Shown: positions 17,868-27,002 of the stretch, piece by piece
Layout of the letters: each line of letters starts with the position of its first letter
How positions within the stretch are numbered: the first letter of the stretch is position 1
NCBI GenBank assembly: GCA_046344715.1
Contig: JBKDKX010000009.1
Location: forward strand, 78,463-142,462
Reading direction: 5' to 3'
Length of the DNA stretch: 64,000 nucleotides
Source of the DNA: Alphaproteobacteria bacterium
GTDB taxonomy: Bacteria; Pseudomonadota; Alphaproteobacteria; Rickettsiales; SXRF01
Notes under the pieces: model-generated
The model's database searches: none
Told to the model about the DNA's origin: nothing
What the model saw: only the letters and a program-made list of their open reading frames with translations
Translations under genes and position numbers: made by a program

Positions 17868-19529
17868 ATGAACGCACCAATCGAAAAAATTCCTGAACTG
17901 CTTGCTACTGAATTCAAACTGCTCTGGGAAGCACACCGGTTAGTGGGGCTTTCAGGCTATATGTGCCTGTATTCTATGCCGGAACAGGTGCCTTTCCGCA
18001 GCAAAACATCAGGTATTCAATACTGGTTTGATGAGGCAGGCACGGAAGCCGCTATTCAGGAAATTCTGCGGCATTATAATAATGGGCAACTTCCAAACAC
18101 CACCTTAATCCTTAATCCTATTATCCACACAAAACACACGGATGGCAATTATACGCCAATTGGCTCTGGTATTATTTGGTGTACAGCACTTTCATTGGGT
18201 GTTGATGTTTTAAAGGAAGAATCTGCACAACGCATCTGGGAGCTTGGCGCACTGGCAAGTATGTTCCATCGTGGCGATAATGATCGATCCGGGCTTAAAG
18301 TTATTGCCTTCTGTGATGAAGCCCAGAAAGTTAGCGATGACGGCAGAACTATTGTAGGTTGCAAACAGTTATATGATATAACCGATGTGCAAAGCCAGCC
18401 TTACGCCCATTGTTACCTGCTTTCTGGATTATCCTACCTTACGAATAATGGGTTGTTTCAACATGCTGATATCCGCCAGCTTTTTCCAAAGAATACGCTT
18501 CAAAATACAGCAGAAAGTTGCAAAAAAATTGCTAAAGATAGCGCAATACATGTACAGAAAATACTGGATGCTGCGTATTGTTGGGATGCATACGAACGCT
18601 ACCACTCCTTGTACCAAAAATTTGGTACTAACCCTGAAGATGTTGAGCGTAATCTGAACTTCTTTAATTTGGTGGCGCGAGATGTGGAATTATTTGATGC
18701 CACAGGACCAATGCGTACGGAAGCAGATGATATGTTTGAGTTCCTTGTGCCCGGACTCATTCCTAAAGGCAGCGTTACAATGGTGGCTGGATCTGGTGGT
18801 ACTGGAAAAAGTAGCTTGGTGCATCAATTGGCTGTGATGGTGGCAACTGATTATGAATCAGGGGAAGAGGCTCCTCGCTGGCTTGGCCAACGCGTTTCGA
18901 TAGAAAAATCTAAAGGTATCACCATCTATTTCTCTGGTGAAGATGGTCCTCCCATACTCAATGCACGGGCAGCTATTTTTGATCCAAAAGGACGTGGGCG
19001 CAGGTTGATGTTCCAGCGTGCCGATTTTGGAGAAGGGGTTACATTTGCACAGCACCTTAAACGTTTGCAAAAAGTACCGGATGTACCGCTTTTGATTATT
19101 GATCCTGTTCGTAAATTCCTTTCAGGTGACGAAGATGATTCGGCGGCTGTCAGTGATTTTTTTGAAGCCATTGAAGAGTTTGCAATAAGAAAGAATACTG
19201 CCGTCGTAATTTTACATCATTTACAAAAATCATCCTATCCACGCACTGCAAGAGAGTTACTGGATGCCTTGCGTGGTTCTCAGGTGTTTATTGACAGACC
19301 ACGCGTGGTAATTGGCTTATTCCGTGATGGCCCCCATATGATTGCGGGGCTCGCAAAAAATAACATTCCACCCAATCTTGGCATGGTGCAGGAAGAAAGA
19401 GTATTCGCCCGTGACCCCAAAAAACTTAGTCTGGTTTGGTTGCCTGGTACTGCTGGAGTACGTAACGCGGTACTTACCGCGGAAGAATTAGAAAAACTTG
19501 CTCAAGAAGCGCAGAAACAAGGCAGATAA
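17868..19529 (+). CDS. RecA-like (AAA_25/RepA-type) ATPase with an uncharacterised ~290-aa N-terminal domain
   Basis: Walker A VAGSGGTGKSSL, Walker B LLIIDPVRKF, then AVVILHHLQKS. No family recognised for the N-terminal half. Confidence 0.6.
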   Translation: MNAPIEKIPELLATEFKLLWEAHRLVGLSGYMCLYSMPEQVPFRSKTSGIQYWFDEAGTEAAIQEILRHYNNGQLPNTTLILNPIIHTKHTDGNYTPIGSGIIWCTALSLGVDVLKEESAQRIWELGALASMFHRGDNDRSGLKVIAFCDEAQKVSDDGRTIVGCKQLYDITDVQSQPYAHCYLLSGLSYLTNNGLFQHADIRQLFPKNTLQNTAESCKKIAKDSAIHVQKILDAAYCWDAYERYHSLYQKFGTNPEDVERNLNFFNLVARDVELFDATGPMRTEADDMFEFLVPGLIPKGSVTMVAGSGGTGKSSLVHQLAVMVATDYESGEEAPRWLGQRVSIEKSKGITIYFSGEDGPPILNARAAIFDPKGRGRRLMFQRADFGEGVTFAQHLKRLQKVPDVPLLIIDPVRKFLSGDEDDSAAVSDFFEAIEEFAIRKNTAVVILHHLQKSSYPRTARELLDALRGSQVFIDRPRVVIGLFRDGPHMIAGLAKNNIPPNLGMVQEERVFARDPKKLSLVWLPGTAGVRNAVLTAEELEKLAQEAQKQGR

Positions 19530-19530
19530 A

Positions 19531-19674
19531 TCAGCTCTGCCATTCATCGTTTACTGGCCTGCGGTCACACGGGCTGCCTTCAGCGCCAACACAAGGACTT
19601 TTAAGGTCAACGACCTCATTAGAACAACTGTTTAGAAATAATATTACTATTCCCAATAAAAGCGTGCGCGACAT
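19531..19674 (-). CDS. 47-aa putative lipoprotein, VirB7-like
   Basis: ATG at 19674, TGA at 19531. Product MSRTLLLGIVILFLNSCSNEVVDLKSPCVGAEGSPCDRRPVNDEWQS. Lipobox-like LNSC, extra Cys residues and a P-V-N motif. Directly downstream of the third virB6. Below the ORF-track size cutoff. Confidence 0.45.
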   Translation of the reverse strand: MSRTLLLGIVILFLNSCSNEVVDLKSPCVGAEGSPCDRRPVNDEWQS

Positions 19675-19748
19675 AACATTTCCTTGTGCATATGGTAACG
19701 GCTCAAACTAGCAGCTAAATATGAAAAAGTAAATCGTGTAATATAAGC

Positions 19749-21170
19749 CTAAGTAGCAGGTGGCCTTGTACTTGCCATAGCAGATGCTCCATCGCGTGCC
19801 TGAGAAAGATTTCCTGCACTGCCTGCCGATGCATCGGCAGACGCAATAGACCCATCCCCTCCGCCAGCTGCACCGCCAGCTGTTTCACGTCTCATTACAT
19901 CCCGTACTTGTTCCGTGCGCCCTAAATCGCCTGGTGTTCCACCTTTGCGCCCTTTCACGGGAGACATCCAGTCAGAAAGCCCACCCTTCATATCCGCAAG
20001 GCTGGTAGTTGCGTTCGCAAGGTCACGCGCGATCATCAATACTACGCTATTAAAGCGGCTCGCCAATTCTGCAAGAATTAAGAAAATCAGTACATCAAGA
20101 ATTTCCAGTGGAAATATTTTTGATCCACCTGCGTCTGGGCCGCCCCAAGACCACCCGCCGCCATAGGGCTCATTATTATAAGTAAAGCGCCAGTAGTGGG
20201 TATAAAATGGCGTGCCTCGAACAGCTTCCATAGATTCTGTCCAGCATACCGGGACCTGCAAAATTTTATCAATGGAAGCTTCTACTAATCTGCTGAAGAA
20301 TGCAAAAAATGCAAACAGCATGATTGGTTGCAAAGATGCATTGATAACCTGATTTAACCAGCCTTGGAACAAATGGCGAGTACGGTTAAACAGAAGGCAC
20401 AATATAAACAATGGCGCGATACCAAATAGCAAAGTTTTTACCACCAGAGACATCAAGTAGACCCATGCGGCTGTTAACAATGCGCGCACGAATGAACCTA
20501 TCGACATGAGTAAAAGCAATCCAAATAATAACCCATATGGTCCGGTAAAAAATGTGGCAAGTAGTGTCACAGCCATTTTAGCGGATAGTGCCTTAGCTAT
20601 TGCGTCATCAAGAACTGCAAATGGTGGACTGCCTGGTGTAACTGGTTGAGAAATACCGGCAATTGCTATTTGGCTTAGCTCTGAAATTAAACTATCCGTT
20701 CCATCATTAAAGAAAGTCACTACAGTATCGTTAAAGAACCCCCATGATCCAGGTGATATCAACGCTGCAATTATCCCTACTTTGATCATGCGTACCGCAA
20801 AATCAAATAAGGTTATCTGCACCATAGCAAACATGAATAGCACGCCATAAACGGCTACATATAATGTAACAGTTGCCCCCGCCATTTCCTGAAACCCCGA
20901 GTCACTAGCCACATACGTATAAATAGTCTGAGAAAGGCTATCGAGGACATTTTGAATATTGTCTACAATTCTGGAAATAATACCTTCCCCTGGGCCAGGA
21001 GGCGTGGGATTAAACGGTGGATCGGTGGTACATGTACCGCTAGGAGCAGATGGCAATGGCTGGGCGTAAGCAGAGCTAATGGAAAGCGAAAACAAGACAG
21101 AAAAAAGACAAAGTACAACCACCTTATAAAACAAGGTCCTCTGATCTTTCTGCACATAGTCTTTTTTCAT
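19749..21170 (-). CDS. virB6: TrbL/VirB6-family T4SS inner-membrane protein, paralogue 3
   Basis: Signal peptide (…SISSAYA), multiple TM helices, and a Gly/Ala/Ser-rich hydrophilic C-tail. Third gene of a tandem set after virB4. Confidence 0.75.
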   Translation of the reverse strand: MKKDYVQKDQRTLFYKVVVLCLFSVLFSLSISSAYAQPLPSAPSGTCTTDPPFNPTPPGPGEGIISRIVDNIQNVLDSLSQTIYTYVASDSGFQEMAGATVTLYVAVYGVLFMFAMVQITLFDFAVRMIKVGIIAALISPGSWGFFNDTVVTFFNDGTDSLISELSQIAIAGISQPVTPGSPPFAVLDDAIAKALSAKMAVTLLATFFTGPYGLLFGLLLLMSIGSFVRALLTAAWVYLMSLVVKTLLFGIAPLFILCLLFNRTRHLFQGWLNQVINASLQPIMLFAFFAFFSRLVEASIDKILQVPVCWTESMEAVRGTPFYTHYWRFTYNNEPYGGGWSWGGPDAGGSKIFPLEILDVLIFLILAELASRFNSVVLMIARDLANATTSLADMKGGLSDWMSPVKGRKGGTPGDLGRTEQVRDVMRRETAGGAAGGGDGSIASADASAGSAGNLSQARDGASAMASTRPPAT

Positions 21171-21203
21171 AATAATTCACTTTACCACAGTATTGTTACG
21201 GTT

Positions 21204-22580
21204 TTATGGCTGTCTTCCTCTTTTAGAGCCAACCATATTTTTAGCATTATCAAGTGCTTGCTTGATATTCTCGCTTATGTTCGCAGAAGTTTTCTGCATG
21301 TCTTGCGGGGTCATTTTTGTTGTTTTACGAATTGTATTCTCAATCTGTGTAGATTCAACCGTAATCCTGTTGAGCGCGCCTGCAATATCATCTGCGATAT
21401 TGGGAATTTTTGTGATAATGGATTTCATCAAAGATGCAAAAATCCACAAACTAATCAATGCAAATACTAATTGCTCAGAAATTTGTACGTCGTTTGGCCC
21501 AAAATTCACACCCGGCACGTTCATCATATTATTATTATATGCGCGTCGCAAAAACGGGTTAACATTTGATTGAACCGCTGGTGTGCTTAACTGATCTGCG
21601 CGCGACATATCAGAAATTTGCTGCGAAAAGTTGGGATCCGCAGGCATAAGCCACGCAAACAAAGGCTGATTCATTTTCCAGTATGCACTAAAATCGGGTG
21701 CCTCGCATGTTGCCAGATTAGCAGGATTGCTACAAGGAAAGCCTAATACATTGAATATATCCGCCAACAGCATATTAAATATCTGTAGAAAGAAAAACAG
21801 GAATGTGAACATCAGGATAGGCACCAACATTGCGGAAACAATAATGTGCCACCATTTATTAAAATACTTTTCTGTTGAATAAAATAGCAACAGAGGCGCA
21901 AACATAGGCGTTAGTGCTAACATAAAGGTCATGACCATTACCGCCAACAGATAGGTAAATACGACGTTGAAGAGAAATAAAAACAAATCAAGAATGGCTA
22001 TACCACCCGCCATAAAGAGGAATATACCGGTAGTGGAAGACATTAATGTCGCCCCCAATATGCCCAATAATCCCTGAGCTAATACCAGACTAGGCCCATA
22101 TCCCATAAACTTTGCGATTAGACCATCCAGAAATCCCCATGGGGTCCATGGACCATTCAATAGCGTTAGAAACTGGAATAATATATTGATCATTAGTGAT
22201 GATATTTGTGGTGTGTAAAAGAAAAACATGGATACAACGCCAATTTTGATGGCAAATGTTACTGTTTTTTGTGTCAATTGTTTCTCACCACCTAAAATCT
22301 GCATACCCAGCCAGGCGGTACCTAAAGCAAGCATAGCTGTGGCAATATCTCCCATATAGTAAGACAACGCTACGGCCATCTGCTGCGATGCGTCTATAAG
22401 AGCTACCGTTACACACATAACAACTTTGCTGGTATATGCATTCGGTGGGCCGGCTCCACCAGCACATGTATCAAGATCAAGTCCCTGAGCATTCGCAGGA
22501 CTGACAAAAAGAGCAAACAGCAAAAATACACTAATTAGTGCAAGTGATATTGTGGGGCGTAATGTTTTGGCAAAGGTCAC
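21204..22580 (-). CDS. virB6: TrbL/VirB6-family T4SS inner-membrane protein, paralogue 2
   Basis: Signal peptide (…VSPANA), multiple TM helices and a hydrophilic C-tail. 4-nt overlap with paralogue 1. Confidence 0.75.
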   Translation of the reverse strand: MTFAKTLRPTISLALISVFLLFALFVSPANAQGLDLDTCAGGAGPPNAYTSKVVMCVTVALIDASQQMAVALSYYMGDIATAMLALGTAWLGMQILGGEKQLTQKTVTFAIKIGVVSMFFFYTPQISSLMINILFQFLTLLNGPWTPWGFLDGLIAKFMGYGPSLVLAQGLLGILGATLMSSTTGIFLFMAGGIAILDLFLFLFNVVFTYLLAVMVMTFMLALTPMFAPLLLFYSTEKYFNKWWHIIVSAMLVPILMFTFLFFFLQIFNMLLADIFNVLGFPCSNPANLATCEAPDFSAYWKMNQPLFAWLMPADPNFSQQISDMSRADQLSTPAVQSNVNPFLRRAYNNNMMNVPGVNFGPNDVQISEQLVFALISLWIFASLMKSIITKIPNIADDIAGALNRITVESTQIENTIRKTTKMTPQDMQKTSANISENIKQALDNAKNMVGSKRGRQP

Positions 22581-24115
22581 GCTTTACCTCCGATCATATT
22601 CCCCATTATTCTACTTTTGAAGTTTGCCATAACATTATCACCAGGCGGTGCGAACGGACCCGTACCAAACGCAGGCATGGAAAGCACATCACCTGCAACA
22701 CCCGATCCAATAAATGGAAGCAAATCTATCATCAGCAAGAAAATATAAGAAATCAGTACCGCCATAACAAACGCAAGCATTAGGTCAATCCAGTAATCTG
22801 TCGGATCGTTTGCATCATATCCATTAATTTGAGAAAGATGTTTCCAGTCAATTGCCTTAACGGGCAAATCAACGATGAAATAATTGAGTGGCAGTAGCTT
22901 ATCCATGAAAATGTTTTTGGGTAATCCTGAATTTTCTCGCCATTCGCTTGGGTCGGTAACTTGTTCTGTAAGCTTTACTTCTGGGCCTGCCAGATCTTTT
23001 GTTGTACCAAGAACCCCTGTTTTAATTTTTTGCATTGCAAGACCATCAAATACTTTCTTGGGGTCTACGTTGTATGCCTGACTGCTTTGCGATGAATTCG
23101 CATACACACCGTTATTCAAGAGCCAATCGCCCAGTTTAAAGCCAGGATTATCGACCTCATTCCCTGCAATTGATCGATATAAAGAATTTGTTCCTGTGTA
23201 AACTACCACATCATACGCTGCCATCATCATCGCTAGATAGGTAAATAAAAACACAGGCTGGAGCATAAAGCCCATGGTTATTCTAAGCCATTTCTCAAAA
23301 TATCCAAATGTGGCTCTAAACAGAATCAGCGGTATGAACAAAGGAGACACGCACACCATCAAGGCAAACGCAATATAGGCACTAATAAATATATAAAGTC
23401 CTCTTGCCATTGCCCATATTAGTTGGCCGATAACCATTAGTCCAAGCAAACCGATAAACAAGCCTACACTTTGGGAGAATAGTGCCGAAACAAGAAAGCC
23501 TGTGATGCCTAAATAAATATTAAATGGCGAAAATATACCCCCCACCAATGAATCCAGTGTGCAATCCACCCGTTGCCACATACCTATAGATGCGCTGCCA
23601 TTTGCAGGCAAACAACCAAATGAAGGAGAAAATGCCACATAGCTGGTGACCGCCTCAAGCATCCACTCCATGGTATCCAGAAAAACTGGAAAAAATCCTC
23701 CAAAATTATCGGTAAAAATTGCAACTGCCCCTAGTTTAACCGCTAATACGCCTAGATCACGAACAGGCGCCGAGTTTTTACCGGTAACCATGAGTGCTCC
23801 CCAGAGTATAACAGCAAGCGAACCTGCAGCAGCAACAAAGGAGGCTAAGTAGTTACAAAAAACACTTAAGAAATCCCTTACTGCAACAAGGATAGGCTCT
23901 TTGATACACACCACAAACCGTGCTGTTAGGCCATCATTATTCGGGATGCCATCGCCGTTGGGATCGGGACAAATTTTTCCGGTAGTACTGTCTATGGCAA
24001 CGATACCATCTTGAAAATCATACGCAAAAGAAGACGAGGTGGAGAATACTACTACCACCATCAGGAGTGCGGATAATAAACGCACTAAAGAATTATTTTT
24101 TGTCTTTACTGGCAA
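22577..24115 (-). CDS. virB6: TrbL/VirB6-family T4SS inner-membrane protein, paralogue 1
   Basis: Signal peptide (…SSSFA), multiple TM helices. Overlaps the 3' end of virB4. Confidence 0.75.
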   Translation of the reverse strand: MPVKTKNNSLVRLLSALLMVVVVFSTSSSFAYDFQDGIVAIDSTTGKICPDPNGDGIPNNDGLTARFVVCIKEPILVAVRDFLSVFCNYLASFVAAAGSLAVILWGALMVTGKNSAPVRDLGVLAVKLGAVAIFTDNFGGFFPVFLDTMEWMLEAVTSYVAFSPSFGCLPANGSASIGMWQRVDCTLDSLVGGIFSPFNIYLGITGFLVSALFSQSVGLFIGLLGLMVIGQLIWAMARGLYIFISAYIAFALMVCVSPLFIPLILFRATFGYFEKWLRITMGFMLQPVFLFTYLAMMMAAYDVVVYTGTNSLYRSIAGNEVDNPGFKLGDWLLNNGVYANSSQSSQAYNVDPKKVFDGLAMQKIKTGVLGTTKDLAGPEVKLTEQVTDPSEWRENSGLPKNIFMDKLLPLNYFIVDLPVKAIDWKHLSQINGYDANDPTDYWIDLMLAFVMAVLISYIFLLMIDLLPFIGSGVAGDVLSMPAFGTGPFAPPGDNVMANFKSRIMGNMIGGKA

Positions 24116-26558
24116 ATTTTTCTTTCTCCAATTTCATACGCTCATGAAAAACAGGCATCCATGCTTCAGGCGCATCACCGACTTTGGCTCGAATTTCGTC
24201 TAATATTACAATCGTCTCAGCTCTGGCAGATAGAATGTTAATCGTTTCATCCATGCCGCTAAGGTCAATTCTTGCGACCACAACGTCTTTTCCTTGTTTT
24301 ACTAAGAAATATCTGCTCCCGGGATCTGTAGTTTTTAATAGATTGAATTCTCTGTCCGTTACCATAAATGCTTTTTTGTAAGCATCCGTAGCTTTTGGGT
24401 TTGGTAAAAATATCTGTGTTGCAGTTTGCTGGATTAAGGTTTCAGAGATTGCGCTATTTGAGGCATCTTCAACACTTTGCGTGGCAAAAACTACCATTCC
24501 ATTCAATTTACGTAATGTTTTTAGCCAGTCTCTTATGCGGCCTGCAAATATTTTATTGTCAATAAGTGCCCACGCCTCATCAAGTACGATGATGGTAGGT
24601 GTACCATCCAGTGATAGTGAGATACGATGGAATAAATATAATAGCGTTGGAGCAAGGCTTACACGTTCGCGTAACACTTCACCCATTTCAAATCCAAATG
24701 CGCTACCTATTGAAAAATCGACAACGTCCATTTCATTGTCAAAAAGCCCAGAATATGGACCACCGGAATGCCACATTTTCAGGCGCCCCGCTATTGTGCC
24801 TGGGCCTTCCATTCCAAGAAATGGAGCTATATTACGAAGTATGCGATCTTTTCTCGCAAGCTTAAAATTACCCGCCACCGCCTCGTTAAGGCGATCCATA
24901 TCTTCTGCGGTAAAAGGCTCATCGTGCACAGTCACTAACGTATGTAACCACTCTGCAATAAAAGTGCGGTTTTCAGGCGTATCCGGTAATTGCAGTGGAT
25001 TAAAATTACATTTTTTCCCTGGCTCAATAACGGTGTACTTACCAGAAATAGCGCGAATAAAAATCTCTGCACCGCGATCTTTATCGAAAAAGAAAATACG
25101 ACAATTAAATTTTTGAGCTTGCGCACACAGGAAATTCAGCAACACCGTTTTACCGGCACCAGTTGGCCCAATGATGGTTGTATGACCAACATCGCGTGCA
25201 TGAAAATTAAAGAAATACGGCGTACCAGAAGATGTATCAAATACAGTAACCGCATCTCCCCAATGATTCCCAGATATTTTACCAGTTGGATAATTATGAT
25301 TACTTGCAAAGCCAGCAAGATTCATTGTGCTGATATCTGAGCCACGTGCAATATAATCAAAATTTGCTGGTAGTTGCGCCCAGTAAGCCGGCTCCATAAT
25401 AAATTTTTCGCGCACAGGATTAATGCCGATATTTACAAGCTCTGCGATTGCAAGAGACAGCACTTTTTCAAGTTCAGGCAAACTTTCTTCATAACACAAA
25501 ATTGTCATGTGATGAGGGCCAAAAGCAACATGGCCGCTCATTGCCATATCCAAGGCATCCGAGATTTCGGCGATCTGTGAAATGGCGGCATCTTCTGCTG
25601 CCATCATGCGCCTCTGGCGGATTTGCATACGGTTGATATTTACGCTGCGGTTATGGAAAGTGTATGATTGTGCAATAATAAATTCAAATGGCAGTTGTAA
25701 AAATCCATCCAATAAACCTGCTGCGGTGGCGGGTGCATATTCTTTGACACTAATCATACCGGCGAAGCGTTTCCTGGGGGCGCCCGCAACTTCCACTGCT
25801 CTGTCACCAAAATATAATCGATATATTGGAAGCAATGTGTTTATTTTTTCATGGTTAAACCTAACTGGCTGCGAAAAACCACAATTTACAATTTTGCCCA
25901 GAAATTCCAATGGCTCGGAAAACGTACCATGTTCATTTTCATAGGTAGTAAGTACTCTGGCTCCATAATCACGCATGGTAGCAACCAGGCGATTAACCGC
26001 TTCTGCAAGGTCTTTATAAGAATCTCGCATCGATTCAATGGTATTCGCCTTGCTAGATACATCAGATGCTTTTTTAAAAAGATGATAAACCTTAGCTGCG
26101 CCTTTAGTGTCCGGTTTTCTGATAACCGTTATGTAAAGCTCATTGATGTAAGAATCTTTTGAGTGATGTTTATCACGCCACTGTTTATCAAGTGACGCGG
26201 GAAATCCTGGCGGCTGCCTGCCCGCTGGATACGCGCTTTGCCTACGCCTGACAGTATGGAACCATACTGCGTAGGTACCATCCGCCATACTTTTTAGCAG
26301 CGAATTGCGTACCATTTTTTTCATATCTACATCTTCATCATCAGCGGTTTCAAAGGAATATCCTTCCAGCTTGATGACTTGCAGAAATTCTTTTTTATTC
26401 GTGACGATGGTTTCTTTATCCCAATGATATTCATAGGGTATAAAAGACGATGTAGGCACTTCCAGCCTTGAATATGCCGCTTTTTTTACTCTACGTTTTT
26501 TTTTCAGAAACATCATATCAGTATGGATCGTAAGAGTTGGTGTATCCGTGATAGCCAC
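24093..26558 (-). CDS. virB4: type IV secretion ATPase VirB4
   Basis: Walker A GPTGAGKTVLLNF, Walker B IIVLDEAW, FATQS motif, ~800 aa. The start may be the MMFLKKK at about 26516, just after the virB3 stop. Confidence 0.95.
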   Translation of the reverse strand: MAITDTPTLTIHTDMMFLKKKRRVKKAAYSRLEVPTSSFIPYEYHWDKETIVTNKKEFLQVIKLEGYSFETADDEDVDMKKMVRNSLLKSMADGTYAVWFHTVRRRQSAYPAGRQPPGFPASLDKQWRDKHHSKDSYINELYITVIRKPDTKGAAKVYHLFKKASDVSSKANTIESMRDSYKDLAEAVNRLVATMRDYGARVLTTYENEHGTFSEPLEFLGKIVNCGFSQPVRFNHEKINTLLPIYRLYFGDRAVEVAGAPRKRFAGMISVKEYAPATAAGLLDGFLQLPFEFIIAQSYTFHNRSVNINRMQIRQRRMMAAEDAAISQIAEISDALDMAMSGHVAFGPHHMTILCYEESLPELEKVLSLAIAELVNIGINPVREKFIMEPAYWAQLPANFDYIARGSDISTMNLAGFASNHNYPTGKISGNHWGDAVTVFDTSSGTPYFFNFHARDVGHTTIIGPTGAGKTVLLNFLCAQAQKFNCRIFFFDKDRGAEIFIRAISGKYTVIEPGKKCNFNPLQLPDTPENRTFIAEWLHTLVTVHDEPFTAEDMDRLNEAVAGNFKLARKDRILRNIAPFLGMEGPGTIAGRLKMWHSGGPYSGLFDNEMDVVDFSIGSAFGFEMGEVLRERVSLAPTLLYLFHRISLSLDGTPTIIVLDEAWALIDNKIFAGRIRDWLKTLRKLNGMVVFATQSVEDASNSAISETLIQQTATQIFLPNPKATDAYKKAFMVTDREFNLLKTTDPGSRYFLVKQGKDVVVARIDLSGMDETINILSARAETIVILDEIRAKVGDAPEAWMPVFHERMKLEKEKFASKDKK

Positions 26559-26817
26559 GATTGATACATTTGTATCCTTTATTAATTTTGATAATAAAAA
26601 GCTCTATCGCCCGTGGTTCTTTCAAACATATGATATACCCAATCAAATGCACAATCGGTGCTACAACAAGAATCATCACAAAACTTTGCATGTTGATGAA
26701 TGTAATCATGCTCACCACTGCATTAATAACGAAATACATGTAACTCACCCCAAGAATCATGGTAGGACGAGTTAAACCCTGAAATAATGGATCAGATTGT
26801 AGGCGGCCTGCAGACAT
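26518..26817 (-). CDS. virB3: type IV secretion protein VirB3
   Basis: DPLFQGLTRPTMILGVSY motif, 99 aa, two TM segments. Immediately upstream of virB4. Confidence 0.85.
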   Translation of the reverse strand: MSAGRLQSDPLFQGLTRPTMILGVSYMYFVINAVVSMITFINMQSFVMILVVAPIVHLIGYIICLKEPRAIELFIIKINKGYKCINRGYHGYTNSYDPY

Positions 26818-26903
26818 GCAATAATCCTCTGTTATTCTGTGCTTACAATAGCTTGCTTAACAAACGGTGAATTTTTTCCTTTAGTACGGTATTATAGTAG
26901 CAT

Positions 26904-26930
26904 AGTTTTGTTGCAGTTTTGTTGCAGTTA
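26904..26930. promoter_or_regulatory. tandem 11-bp repeat AGTTTTGTTGC x2.4 in the virB3/dadA divergent intergenic region
   Basis: AGTTTTGTTGC at 26904 and 26915, then AGTTA. About 90-110 bp upstream of the virB3 ATG and about 75-100 bp upstream of dadA. Confidence 0.3.
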
Positions 26931-27002
26931 TGAATGTTATAAATAACTATGTAACTTTCTTTCGTTACAATCTAAAAAAATCTAATTAATATATTGTAAT
27001 AT

